This document shows positions 1 to 12,512 of a stretch of DNA of 64,000 bases, one piece after another. Numbering within the stretch: position 1 is the first letter of the stretch; each line of letters starts with the position of its first letter. The notes under the pieces were generated by a model, which saw only the letters and a list, made by a program, of their open reading frames with translations, was not told where the DNA came from and searched no databases. This stretch comes from Trichoplax adhaerens (lineage: Eukaryota > Animalia > Placozoa). Both the position numbers and the translations under genes were made by a program. The stretch covers positions 881,232 to 945,231 of the forward strand of contig NW_002060944.1 in assembly GCF_000150275.1 (NCBI RefSeq). Reading direction: 5' to 3'.

Positions 1-13
1 GGCAAGAAATTCA

Positions 14-178
14 AATGATAGTTTTAACTTAATTATCCTTAAACTTGTCCGCATGTCTGGACAAGTTCATTTCTCTGTACGTGCCTCTGTACGAGGCAAA
101 GAGATTTAAATGATAGCTTTTAACTTAATTATCCTTAAACTTGTCCGCACGTCTGGACAAGTTCATTTCTCTGTACGT
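14..178. repeat. Direct duplication of a ~70-bp unit (about 14-82 and 108-178), each with an internal hairpin AACTTGTCC-N8-GGACAAGTT
   Basis: Two near-identical copies of 'aaatgatag..ttaacttaattatccttaaacttgtccgcaYgtctggacaagttcatttctctgtacgt'. Confidence 0.85.
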
Positions 179-471
179 TATTAGGATTCGAACTAAGACT
201 CTCAATTTCTTTGACCATCCCACAAACCACCACTCTGTAGCCCATTGGTTGATTGTGAATAGAAATGAAGGAGTTATAAACAGTTGCTTGATGTTGCATA
301 TCATCTGTTATTCGCTGTTAGAACGTTGAAGCAGGCATGCACAATCTGATCTGAATTTATAGTCTACCTACAGTATGTTTACTCGCTTGCAATGCTTCGC
401 GTAGTGTATTGTTATATATACGCTGTGCATAATATAAAGTATTACTAATACTTGACCATGTTAAATTATAC

Positions 472-1895
472 AATGTTCCACATAGTTTATGACAGTTGCA
501 TGTTCCACATAGTTTTGAATGTTCCACATATTTTAGAATGTTCCACATAGTTTTAAATGTTCCACATAGTTTTGAATATTCCACATAGTTTTGAATCCTG
601 ATTAGGGAATATGACACAATATTTTGCCTATCAACACTTTTATGAATTCTCTATCTTCACACATAGCTTTAATCTATCCGATCCTATGTTCCACATACTT
701 TACGGTGGTGATATGTTCCACATAGTTTTGAATCTTTCTATCCAAATCTATGCTACATGTTCCACATAGTTTTAAATTTAGATTAGGGATTATCGTACAA
801 TATTCACCCAAAATTTGCCTATTTTAATTTTCATCAAATCCTATCTCCCCACTTAGGTTAGGGATTATCGCACAATATTCACCCAAAATTTACCTAACTT
901 AATTCCGATCAAATCCCTATCTAGTGTCCGATTATAACATGTTCCACACATGTAACCCGTAATTTTAATATTTGCCCTCATATAACAGTCGAAAACGGCT
1001 AAGATAAACCGGATAAACGAACTTAGTCTATACAGCAATATAGTGTTATTATTTTCAAGTGTACGCATATATAACCCTACACAGACTATGTTGCGTAACT
1101 ACATCCCACGTAGAATATGCTAATTATGTTCAACACAGATTGTCGCAATGTTCCACATACTTAGTGAAGAATGTTCCACATAAATTATCAACAGATTAAG
1201 CAATATCGCCCAACCATAACCCAAAATTTGCCTACTTGGTTTGTACAAACGACCTATCTAACAGATTAGGCAATATCGTACTAGCTTAACCAAAAAATTT
1301 ACCTGCTTATTTTTGATCAAAACCCTATCAAGTGTTCCATTTCTAAATGTTCCACATAATTTATAATGTATGTTCCACATAGATTATAAACTTTTGAAAT
1401 TACACATAAACATTCCACATCCATCCGAATCTCGTATCTTGCGTGTTCCACACAGTTTATGATTCTAAATGTTCCACATAGTTTATGACTCTAAATGTTC
1501 CACATAGTTTCATAATTATTTATGTTCCACATAGTTTTTACTCCTAGCTCTAATATTAGGGAATATCGCACAATATTCACATAAAATTTACCTATCATAA
1601 TTGTCATCAATTCCCTATCATCACACATAGATTAGGGAATATCACACAATCTTTGCATCAAATTTGCCTACTGTAATTCCGATCAAATCCCTATCTTAAT
1701 AGATTAGGGATTATCGCATAATCATGACACCAAATTTACCTACCTTAATTCCGAGCAAATCCCTATCTAGTGTTCGATTGCAACATGTTCCACATAGTTC
1801 AACACAAATTCATAATTTGCCCTCATATAACCAGTCGAAAACAGCTAAGATAAACCGGATAAACGAACTTAGTCTATGCAGCAATATAGTATTTT
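472..1895. repeat. Composite satellite-like region: about 19 TGTTCCACA(TAG) motifs interspersed with about 8 copies of a ~70-bp GATTAGGGA...TCCCTATCT unit; 856-1055 is duplicated at about 1703-1893
   Basis: Motifs read directly; ~19-bp tandem period at 500-595. Confidence 0.85.
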
Positions 1896-1997
1896 TATTT
1901 TTGGTATTTATTTGGAAAAGATTTACACCACTTCCACAATTATTTCAAAAGTATATTTTGATATAATTGCGCAATAATAATTATTATAACTTATGAT

Positions 1998-2198
1998 AGA
2001 TAGAGAAGACCTGGACCAATCGCGAATCGCGCATACATTATTGCACAAATATATATAGAAAATTTCAGAGTCGTGACGATATATATATTTCTTTGCGCTC
2101 GCGCGGCGTATATATCCGATTTTTAGTGTTTCATTTTTTATTTCCTTTTATTATCTTTTTGTTATTATTTTTCACGGGGGTCCAGGTCTTCTCTATCT
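1998..2198. mobile_element. MITE-like non-autonomous DNA element (201 bp, 20-bp perfect terminal inverted repeats)
   Basis: AGATAGAGAAGACCTGGACC (1998-2017) and its reverse complement GGTCCAGGTCTTCTCTATCT (2179-2198); non-coding interior; target-site duplication not clear. Confidence 0.65.
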
Positions 2199-2202
2199 TA
2201 TT

Positions 2203-3367
2203 GACTATGCTGATTATTGCCTACCTATAGTTTATTTCACAAGTTTATAATATTATTCGAGTTATACTTGTATTTTGTGTATTTTTTACATTGATTTATA
2301 CTAGATGTCGTGTCGACTTCTGCTAGTGTTATGTTAAGCTATGAGTTAGTATAAAGGCAATACTTATATAAACTTCTGCTACAAATAGATATCTCAAAAT
2401 CAGACAATCCAGGAAACGAGTACTACTGCTCTCGTACAGTCTTCCAATCATGATCTAAGCTATATATATTGGCTATGCTGATTATTGCCTACCTATAGTT
2501 TATTTCACAAGTTTATAATATTATTCGAGTTATACTTGTATTTTGTGCATTTTTTGTATGGATTTATACGAGGCGTCGCGTCGACTTCTGCTAGTATTAT
2601 TCTAAGCTATGAGTTAGTATAAGGGCAATACTTATGTAAACTTCTGCTACAAATAGATATCTCAAAATCAGACAATCCAGGAAACGAGTACTACTGCTCT
2701 CGTACAGTCTTACAATCATGATCCAAGCTAAGCTGTAAACCTCTGCTACAAATAGATGCCTCAAAATCAGACAATCCAGGAAGCGAGTACTACTGCTCTC
2801 GTACAGTCTTATAATCATGATCCAAGCTATATGTATTAACTATGCTGATTATTGCCTACCTATAGTTTATTTCACAAGTTTATAATATTATTCGAGTTAT
2901 AATTGTATTTTGTGTATTTTTTGCATTGATTTATACTAGACGTTGCGTCGACTTCTGCCAGTGTTATTCTAAGCTATGAGTTAGTATAAGGGCAATACTT
3001 ATGTAAACTTCTGCTACAAATAGATATCTCAAAATCAGATAATCCAGGAAACGAGTCTTTCTGCTCTCGTACAGTCTTATAATCATGATCCAAGCTATAT
3101 GTATTGAATATGCTGATTATTGCCTACCTATAGTTTATTTCACAAGTTTATAATATTATTCGAATTATACTTGTATTTTGTGTATTTTTTGCATTGATTT
3201 ATACTAGACGTTGCGTTGACTTTTGCTAGTGTTATGCTAAGCTATAAGTTAGTATAAGGGCAATACTTATGTAAACTTCTGCTACAAATAAATATCTTCA
3301 AAATCAGACAATCCAGGAAACGAGTACTACTGCTCTCGTACAGTCTTACAATCATGATCCAAGCTAT
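2203..3367 (+). repeat. Tandem array of about four ~270-bp units plus one ~100-bp partial duplication, directly upstream of TPR gene 1
   Basis: 'tatgctgattattgcctacctatagtttatttcacaag' recurs at about 2205, 2474, 2841 and 3109. Confidence 0.95.
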
Positions 3368-3637
3368 ATTTGGGGTTGCGCTACAATGATATAGAAAAAT
3401 AATTAATGATCGTCGTTTGGTTAAGGATGTATCGAATTTTATAGATTTAGCAGCATTCTTAACTGAAATAGACCTGAGATATCGATTGAACGTTAAAGAC
3501 AGCTATTTTGCAGGTTTTCGCTGATTTATTACAACAGTCATTCGTATAGTTATCCAAATTTGGCAAATACATTGAGAAGAGCATACAAATCTATTTTATT
3601 CCATCCCAGCTCTTGGTTTTTCTTCAAAACTAAAAAT

Positions 3638-4747
3638 ATGAATAATCAGTCTACTAAGATTATTCCTGATGAAGTCGAAACTCTTCACAAACAGGGTCAG
3701 AAATATCAAAATTATCGCTGTTACAAGTCAGCGCTTTATTATTATGAAAAAGTGATTACTCAAATAGAATCGATACCCCAAGGTAACTATGATGTTCATC
3801 AACTTAAATATCATGTTTATCTGGAAATGGCTGATTGTTATAGAGAATATAAACGGTTAAAAGCCCCAAAATGGGTTAGTGAAGCAGAGAAATTAGCTAA
3901 ACAACTACAAGACGAAGCGAAGACTGCAATGTACTTGGATAGGCGGAGTAACATTAAACGACTTGATGGTGATTGTAAAGGCGCCTTGAAAGGTTTTAAA
4001 GATTCTCTTGATTTGAAATTAAAATCGTCAAGAGGCGAAAATATCGATGTTAGTGACTCCTGCAATAACATTGGCGTTATGTACACTAATCTAGGCAAGT
4101 ACCGTGAGGCTTTAGGCACGTATAAAAAATCATTGAAGAAGCGATCGAGAATTAAAGGCGAGAATGATGCAGGTGTTGCTACATTATATAACAACATTGG
4201 TGGTGTCTATTATAACCAAGACAAGTATGATAAAGCTCTATTAATGCTTAAGAAATCACTCTATGCTAGCTGGACAACATTTGGTAAAAATCATCCGAGT
4301 ATTGCTGCGACATATAACAACATTGCAAGTGTCTATCATAATCAAGGCAAGCATGATGACGCTCTATTAAAGTATAACATATCACTTAAGATTATACAAG
4401 AACAACTTGGTGACAATCATCCGAATGCTGCTAAGTTATATGACAACATTGGGGGTGTTTATGATAATCAAGGCAAGTATGACGACGCTGTATCCATGTA
4501 TAAGAAATCGCTCAAGATTCGGCTAGCAACAACTGGTAATAACCATCCGAGTACTACGCAATCCTACCGAAATATAGCAACAATCTATCGTAAGCAGTCT
4601 AACTACACTCAAGCTATCGAATTCTATCAAAAATCATTCGATAGTTTATGCTACCTCTACGGAGAAAATCATCCTCAAGTCGTCAAAGATAAACAAATAC
4701 TTGACCAATGTCGACTACTTAAAAGCAAGGCTAATACCTCATTATGA
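3638..4747 (+). CDS. TPR-repeat protein 1 (kinesin light chain/NPHP3-like 42-aa TPRs), ~369 aa, about 5 repeats with an intact C-terminal cap
   Basis: First in-frame ATG at 3638 aligns with the ATG of the paralog at 21683; 'NHPSIAATYNNIASVYHNQGKHDDAL' repeats; single coding exon. Confidence 0.88.
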   Translation: MNNQSTKIIPDEVETLHKQGQKYQNYRCYKSALYYYEKVITQIESIPQGNYDVHQLKYHVYLEMADCYREYKRLKAPKWVSEAEKLAKQLQDEAKTAMYLDRRSNIKRLDGDCKGALKGFKDSLDLKLKSSRGENIDVSDSCNNIGVMYTNLGKYREALGTYKKSLKKRSRIKGENDAGVATLYNNIGGVYYNQDKYDKALLMLKKSLYASWTTFGKNHPSIAATYNNIASVYHNQGKHDDALLKYNISLKIIQEQLGDNHPNAAKLYDNIGGVYDNQGKYDDAVSMYKKSLKIRLATTGNNHPSTTQSYRNIATIYRKQSNYTQAIEFYQKSFDSLCYLYGENHPQVVKDKQILDQCRLLKSKANTSL

Positions 4748-5780
4748 CAAGACTGCAGTAAGTCTGAATAGAATAGAATAACGATGACTTTACCCCTATT
4801 GCAAGTGATTAATACTATCCTCTTGTCCTCTTGCATAGTAACTTAATCGTTCAATATCGATTACAAACTAGTCATGATATAAATGCACACGATCAAATCA
4901 TTTTTAACATTTCCTCTATAATTTTTAATATAGCATAGATTAATAAGCGCATGACTAACCCTAACGTCCTAAAATACTCAATGTAAATCTTTACCAGTAA
5001 CTGAACAGTCTATTTTCATCCGGTACAACGATTTGAACGAAATAGATAGAATTAAGTTTAAATTTACTTTGTTAATCGATTCTTAATAAGAAATAAGATA
5101 ATGAAGTGTTAGCGTACACAACTTGGCATGGTTTTCCTTGAATAGCTCTATCTCGCAATAAGGTTGGAAATACAATAAGGCATCCAATTATAATCACAAC
5201 TAACAAATCAAATTCATTGAAATGCTTAGGCACTTTCCTATCGATATCATCGATGTAGTCAATAAACTAGTCAAAATGAATTATATTACAGTATATACTA
5301 ACATACAAGCGAAACTATAAATATTTTCATTTTGAAATTATCGTGCCCTCTTTATTTTACCCCGTATTTTAAGCAGTAGGAAAGCCATACATTTTAAGGG
5401 ATTACTGTACATTGTACACTAGCATATTGAAATACATTACAAGATAAACAATTTGCTTTTGATAATCATTTATCATTTCAAAAATAATATTTATACAGGT
5501 AAGAGAGAATCATTTCAGTAACTTTTCACGGCAGTTTCGTTTACTATCATAAGTACATTGCCCTAATGAATACAATACATCTAAGCAATCAGAGATCATT
5601 GGTGGCAATTGATATAACACTTAACGCAGCAAAATAATTTAAATCTTCTCAAGCAATAAAGTCAACAGTTTTGCGTAAAATATTTCAAAACATAGTTTGT
5701 CCAGTTGAATCACCATTGATTTAGTTTTCAATTTACAGCTACAAAGTTAAAAGCTGCCAATTAATTATTCTTCAACAAAA
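4748..5780 (+). repeat. 3' flank of TPR gene 1, paralogous to about 13808-14790 (segmental duplication)
   Basis: Collinear matches, e.g. 'tcatccggtacaacgatttgaacgaaatagatagaatt' and 'aatacaataaggcatccaatt' in both copies. Confidence 0.9.
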
Positions 5781-6558
5781 TCGATGATGAGTTGTTCCTT
5801 AATCTTCACATTAAAGTTCCTGTAGTAATCAAGGTGAATTACATTCATGAAATAAATTGCATTCTTCTGCAGCCTATGTAAAAAAAATAAGCAGCTTACC
5901 AAAGAGGCTTGTGCTATTGCTTTACTTGAAATTCTCTGATTAATAATAATATAAGCGGAGCTCTTGATGGAATTAGCAGAAGCGATAATAAATAAGCAAA
6001 GTGCTTTAAATTCATTAGTCAAGACAAGATTAGCACTTCCATTGACAAGACAAATAACTTTCCATTAATTTCTTTTTGTACTTCAATATTATGTATATCA
6101 TTAACATAAAAACAAACCTGTGCAGTCGTAGTTCTTTATTATTAAAGCAAATAACTTGTACGAAATGTTACGCGTTGTTAGCATAGTAGACAGCAGTTAT
6201 TTAAATAAAATTAGTACTAATGTAATATTGTACACAATTAAAGTTCTCTCTAACAACCGCATTATCTAATTATTTTGGTGTATTATGTTTATTTTGATAA
6301 TATATTCACGCTTTCTTTATTTGTAGCTGAAGAATAAGTACAACAGCATTTGAAGTAGTGGTAGTCAATGTTAGAGTAATTTTATTTATAGACAATGTAG
6401 GAAATGTTAATTGCGTAGCAGCCAACTCCGCTTACTTGATCGATCATTTCTTTCAAAACAATGTTAGAAAACTAACAATTCATTACATAGCGCAAAGATA
6501 AAGTCTTTTTGAATTGATATTGTAATAAATTAAAGCACAGTAGCGCTTAAGTAGAGAT

Positions 6559-7095
6559 NNNNNNNNNNNNNNNNNNNNNNNNNNNNNNNNNNNNNNNNNN
6601 NNNNNNNNNNNNNNNNNNNNNNNNNNNNNNNNNNNNNNNNNNNNNNNNNNNNNNNNNNNNNNNNNNNNNNNNNNNNNNNNNNNNNNNNNNNNNNNNNNNN
6701 NNNNNNNNNNNNNNNNNNNNNNNNNNNNNNNNNNNNNNNNNNNNNNNNNNNNNNNNNNNNNNNNNNNNNNNNNNNNNNNNNNNNNNNNNNNNNNNNNNNN
6801 NNNNNNNNNNNNNNNNNNNNNNNNNNNNNNNNNNNNNNNNNNNNNNNNNNNNNNNNNNNNNNNNNNNNNNNNNNNNNNNNNNNNNNNNNNNNNNNNNNNN
6901 NNNNNNNNNNNNNNNNNNNNNNNNNNNNNNNNNNNNNNNNNNNNNNNNNNNNNNNNNNNNNNNNNNNNNNNNNNNNNNNNNNNNNNNNNNNNNNNNNNNN
7001 NNNNNNNNNNNNNNNNNNNNNNNNNNNNNNNNNNNNNNNNNNNNNNNNNNNNNNNNNNNNNNNNNNNNNNNNNNNNNNNNNNNNNNNNNNNNNNN
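6559..7095. other. Assembly gap (N run)
   Basis: Run of n. Confidence 1.
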
Positions 7096-8459
7096 TCATT
7101 CAATATGGCTTACTACATTTAGTTATTACAGTCCTCGCTATTTTATACAATCATCTGCTATTCTATAACCTTTTATGGTATATATTGTATCTAATCCTAC
7201 AATCATGTTCTCTGCATGTGTTCTAATGCCATAGCAATAAATACTTGCCGTTTTCTACCTTAGATTTGTTAAGTTGCATTATTAGTCACAGTTAGTATTC
7301 ACACTTTACTCACGGCAGCTACCACGCTGACCTACCCTAATTATCACACTGTACCTAACTACTATCTACAATAAAGTATCCTCTTTTCTTAAGCTCCTTG
7401 TGCAATTCTCTGCATGGCAACTAAAACCACATTATCTGACTCTTCGAACCCCCCATCACAGTTTTCACACTGTCTGTATCTTTTTGCAGATATTAAATAA
7501 TTCATGTATTACTGCACATAGTTTATTTTGAGGCTTTCAAGTAGTCATTTAATATAGAAGTGAGTTGCGTTATGGAATTGTCGTTAAAACTGCAGAGGGA
7601 AAATAGCAGGCGACCGCTATATTTAATCTAATGTACGATCTATATTTATTAGTTTCAAATGTTAAACTGTGGATAATCCCCTTCACAGATACTCTGCAGT
7701 ATTGTATCTATTTGCCAGATTTCTTAATTGATTACCGAAATTAGTTAATAAATTTGCTTTATTCTTTTAATGGTAACGGATTACATTACAGGTTGTATGC
7801 TAGTAAAATTCTCATATTTTGTTTACACAATATTATTAACTATTCCTCTTCACATTGAAAATTTTCAAGAAAATATAAATATTATAACAGAATAACTCTA
7901 AATCTTTGAATTTCAAGACCATAACAGCAAAAAGCTCGAGCTCGCTGATTTTACTTTGCTCAACGAACAGAATTCTATTCGTCATTGTCCAAAAGATAAA
8001 TTAATTTATTAGATCTATGAGTTGTGTCATTAAAGCTTAATCACAGTCTATATTAGGAATAGCTGGATAAGCCGCTTACGACAAGGTACTCATGTGTTTA
8101 GAAATACTCAAAATATTCATGCAATAAAATTTGTAAAATTTACATAATTTTTCTCAACAGTTAGCTGCTTACAATGGAGAAGCTTTTGTAAAAACAGAAT
8201 CCGTATCGTAAAATCAGAATTATAATTTTGGCATTTCTGCAGTAGTACAGTTTACACCGAGGCGTAGGTCAGCTAGTCTCGTTCATACATTCTTAGATTC
8301 CGTGATCCTTTCGCGAGTTGTGGAGTATATATTTTCACTGGCTGAGTATCAAGAGTGCCGTTTAAGAAATGTTAATTATTGTTAGCCAAGTATTATCGAT
8401 TTGTCTGATGCCATCGTACTGCATTCGTACATATATGCCAATAGCATCAAGCTGACAAT

Positions 8460-9400
8460 ATTTCACTGATAATAATTCCGCTAAGTTACTATTAATTGTG
8501 AACATTGTAACAATTGCAAGTAAAGATAAATGGATTAGGATTAGATCTAGTCTAAGTATTAGCAGTATTATATATAAACTGAAAGTACTCAGTTATACAT
8601 TTCAATTATAGCATCTACGAAATATTTATTTTGTCAGGAAGTGATGAATGTACATCGCAATAAATAGTTTTCATAATTGGCTTAAATACGAGTATGTTAC
8701 TAATTATAATCTATATCCTTATAAAAGAAGGTAGAAAGTAGTTGGTAACTGTAATTACTGATTATACTTGCAGATATCAAGAAAAGTATATAACCAAGTA
8801 ACTTTAGTTGATATAATAGTTCTTTCTCGTAATAAAATGATGTAAAAAATTAAAATGCTAAGCTAAGCTTTTACAAAACTTTAATTCTACTTCGTGCATC
8901 CCAATCGACTCGATGTAACTTAGACATCAAATAAAATAGAGAAAAACCCCAACAACAACTAATTCAAAATTTGCTAAGAGATAGTTTAGCAATCTTTCAA
9001 ATTGCTTACTGCTACTTAAGGCCGCCTTCTTGTATGCGTATATAAAATCATATATTCATAGTGTAGTTATGAAATCTGTTGTTATTAGTAAAGGATAATA
9101 TGTGAGGCTATATTCTCATACTACATCTTCTCATTTCGGCTCATAACTCAAGACACAGTAATAAGCCACTCAGCCGACTATCAGATATTGCATCACATCT
9201 AATAAAATCTGCAAGTAAAAACAAGTTATAATTTGTTATCATCATGATTTTCACTTATGCAGTACGCGGTAATAAGTATACTAGTTTTGATAAATAATTG
9301 AATTAGCTTATAGTACAATCAATATTCGAATATGTAATTAATTAATATAGAAATTGTAATGAAATTCATAATGGTACATAATTACGAACTACTGGTAATT
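8460..9400 (+). repeat. Upstream flank of TPR gene 2, paralogous to about 18385-19605 upstream of TPR gene 3
   Basis: Collinear matches, e.g. 'aatacgagtatgttactaattataatct' and 'cgcggtaataagtatactagttttgataaataattgaattag'. Confidence 0.9.
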
Positions 9401-9959
9401 ACGGGCAATTTAATTCAAGATCTGCGCTTATTGATGTCTATCTATTCTTTACGTAGCTAGTTAATTATTATGAACACAAGCATATAATATCGTCATATTA
9501 TTCAAATTACGTTTGCATTATGTACATTTCTTGTATTGATTTATGCTTGACGTTACATTGACTTCTGCTAGTGTTATGCTAATTAATGGGTTGATGATAC
9601 TGTTACCGCGTTTATTCAAAAATCCGTCATTTTACAAAAGTGCATTGGTCATATTTGATCGCCATGGACACGGATATTATAGTGATGTAGGAAAATAACT
9701 AATGATTGTCAGCTGATTAGGGCGTATCTAATCTTATGGATTTAACGATATTCTTAACTGAAGTAGACTTTGAAATATCGATTGAACGTTAAAGATAGAT
9801 ATTCTGTAGGTTTCTGTAGATCTATCACAAAAGCCATCCGTATAGTTATCTAAATTTAGCGAATACATCGAGAAGAGCATAAAGTACAAATCTATTTTCT
9901 TCTATCCTATCTGTTAGTTCTTATTCAAAACTGAGAATAAGAATAATCAGTCTACTACT

Positions 9960-12512
9960 ATGGCTATTCGCAATAAAATAGAATCTCTACACAGAAAGGG
10001 TCGGAAGTTTCAAAATCGTCAACGTTACGAGGGAGCGATTTATTATTACAGAAGAGTTATTACTCAAATAAAGTCGATACCCAAAGGCAAAAATAATGCT
10101 CATCAACTTGAATATAATGTTCACCTCGATTTGGCTGATTGTTATAGAGAAAAATATCAATGGATAAAAGCCTATGCATGGGTTAGTAAAGCAGAGAAAT
10201 TAGCTAAACAACTACAAGACGAAGTGAAGATTGCAATGTGCTTGGATAGGCGGGGTGAGATTAAACGACTTGAAGGTAACTGGAGTAGCGCCTTGGCAGA
10301 TTTTAAAGATTCTCTTGATTTGAAATTGAAATCGTTAGGAAGTGAAAATATCGATGTTAGTGACTCCTATAATAACATTGGCGCTGTATACACTAATCAA
10401 GGCAAGTATGGTAAGGCTTTGACCATGTATAATAAATCAGTGGAGATTAACTCGAAAATTAAAGGCGAAAATGATATACGTATTGCTACATTATATAACA
10501 ACATTGGTAGTGTCTACGATAATCAAGGCAAGTACAAGGACGCTCTATCGATGTATATAAAATCGCACAAGATTAGAGTAGTAAGACTTGTTAAGAATCA
10601 TCCGAGTGTTGTCGACTCCTATAACAACATTGCGCTTGTCCATGATCATCGAGGCAAGTACGTTGACGCTCTACGAATGTTAAACAAATCGCTCAAGATT
10701 AGACTACGAACACTCGGCGATAATCATCTGAGTGTTGCCGAGTCATATAACAACATTGCACTTGTCTATAGGAATCAAGGCAAGTATAATGACGCTCTAC
10801 CAATGTTTAACAAATCCCTCGAGATTAGACTAGCAACGCTAGGTGAAAATCATCCGCGTCTTGCTTCATCATATAACAACATCGGTGGTGTTTATGATAG
10901 TCAAGGCAAGTATGACGACGCTCTATCGATGTATAACAAATCACTCAGCATTAGACTAGCAACACTTGGCTGTAATCATCCGAGTGTTACTGAATCATAT
11001 AATAATATTGCAACTATCTACTGGAATCAAGGTAAGTATAATGATGCTCTAACAAAGTATAACAAATCACTTGACATTAAACTAAAAACACTTGGTGACA
11101 ATCATCCGAGTGTTGCCGACTCGTATAACAACATTGGTGGTGTCTATTGCAATCAAGGCAAGCATGATGACGCTCTACCAATGTTTAACAAATCGCTCAA
11201 GATTAGACTGAAAATACTTGGTGATAATCATCCGAGCGTTGCCGACTCATATAACAATATTGCAAGTGTCTATCATCGTCAAGGCGCGTATGATGAGGCT
11301 CTATCAATGTATAACAAATCACTCAAGATTAGACTAGAAACTCATGGCGACAATCATCCGAGCCTTGCGGAGTCATATAACAACATTGCAAGTGTCTATC
11401 ATCATCAAGGCAAGTATGATAGCGCTCTATCAACGTATCATACATCACTAAAGATTGCGCTAGAAAAACTTGGCGACAATCATCCTCATGTTGCTAACTC
11501 ATATAACAACATTGCAACTGTCTATGATCATCAAGGCAAGTATAATGACGCTCTATCAAGGTATAACAAATCGCTCAAGATTACACTAGAAACTTTTGGT
11601 GACAATCATCCTCATGTTGCTACGTCATATAACAACATTGGTAGTGTCTATAAGAATCAAGGCAAATATTATAGCGCTCTATCAATGTATAACAAATCAC
11701 TCAAGATTAGACTAGCAACACTCGGCGACAATCATCCAAGTGTAGCCAATTCATATAACAACATTGCGCTTGTTTATAAGAATCAAGGCAAGTATGATGA
11801 CGCTTTATTAATGCTTAATAAATCGCTCAAGATTAGACTAGAAACTCTTGGTGACAATCATTCGAGTGTTGCTATGTCATATAGCAACATTGCAAGTGTC
11901 TATGATAATCAAGGCAAGTATAATGACGCTCTACCAATGTATCGCAAATCACTCAAGATTAGACTAGAAACTCTTGGTGACAATCATTCAAGTGTTGCCG
12001 ATTCATATAACAACATTGGTGGTATTTATAAGAATCAATGCAAGTATGATGATGCTCTATCAATGTATAACAAATCACTCAAGATTAGACTAGAAACACT
12101 TGGTGACAATCATCCGAGCGTTGCTAACTCATATAATAACATTGGACTTGTCTATGCTCATCAAGGCAAGTATGACGACGCTTTATCAATGTATAACAAA
12201 ACACTCGAGATTCAAGTAAAAGCTCTTGGCGACAATCATCCTCATGTTGCCAACTCATATAACAATATTGGGATTGTCTTTGATCATCTGGGCAAGTATG
12301 ATGATGCTTTATCCATGCATAGCAAATCACTCCAGATTAGACGAGCAACACTTGGAGACAATCATCCTGATGTTGCCAACTCTAATAACAACATTGCGCT
12401 TGTTCATAATAAGAAACAAAGCAGGTATAATCTCGCTATACCGATATATAACAACAACTCACTCAACATTAGACTAGCAATATGTGGTGACAATCATCCT
12501 GTTGTTTTCTAG
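9960..12512 (+). CDS. TPR-repeat protein 2, 850 aa, about 17 42-aa repeats; premature stop, C-terminal cap lost (possible incipient pseudogene)
   Basis: Long ORF with 126-nt periodicity; repeat-like sequence continues beyond the TAG at 12510-12512. Confidence 0.8.
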   Translation: MAIRNKIESLHRKGRKFQNRQRYEGAIYYYRRVITQIKSIPKGKNNAHQLEYNVHLDLADCYREKYQWIKAYAWVSKAEKLAKQLQDEVKIAMCLDRRGEIKRLEGNWSSALADFKDSLDLKLKSLGSENIDVSDSYNNIGAVYTNQGKYGKALTMYNKSVEINSKIKGENDIRIATLYNNIGSVYDNQGKYKDALSMYIKSHKIRVVRLVKNHPSVVDSYNNIALVHDHRGKYVDALRMLNKSLKIRLRTLGDNHLSVAESYNNIALVYRNQGKYNDALPMFNKSLEIRLATLGENHPRLASSYNNIGGVYDSQGKYDDALSMYNKSLSIRLATLGCNHPSVTESYNNIATIYWNQGKYNDALTKYNKSLDIKLKTLGDNHPSVADSYNNIGGVYCNQGKHDDALPMFNKSLKIRLKILGDNHPSVADSYNNIASVYHRQGAYDEALSMYNKSLKIRLETHGDNHPSLAESYNNIASVYHHQGKYDSALSTYHTSLKIALEKLGDNHPHVANSYNNIATVYDHQGKYNDALSRYNKSLKITLETFGDNHPHVATSYNNIGSVYKNQGKYYSALSMYNKSLKIRLATLGDNHPSVANSYNNIALVYKNQGKYDDALLMLNKSLKIRLETLGDNHSSVAMSYSNIASVYDNQGKYNDALPMYRKSLKIRLETLGDNHSSVADSYNNIGGIYKNQCKYDDALSMYNKSLKIRLETLGDNHPSVANSYNNIGLVYAHQGKYDDALSMYNKTLEIQVKALGDNHPHVANSYNNIGIVFDHLGKYDDALSMHSKSLQIRRATLGDNHPDVANSNNNIALVHNKKQSRYNLAIPIYNNNSLNIRLAICGDNHPVVF

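Noticed and set aside
472-1800. TGTTCCACATAG motifs with variable spacers as a CRISPR-like array
   Set aside because: Repeat too short, spacing irregular, spacers mutually similar, no cas genes, eukaryotic context
3838-4197. Antisense or alternative-frame ORFs within TPR genes (also 12124, 12226, 22080, 24894)
   Set aside because: Shadow ORFs of periodic coding repeats
6483-7103. ORFs of X residues (also 15506-15844)
   Set aside because: Artefacts of N gaps
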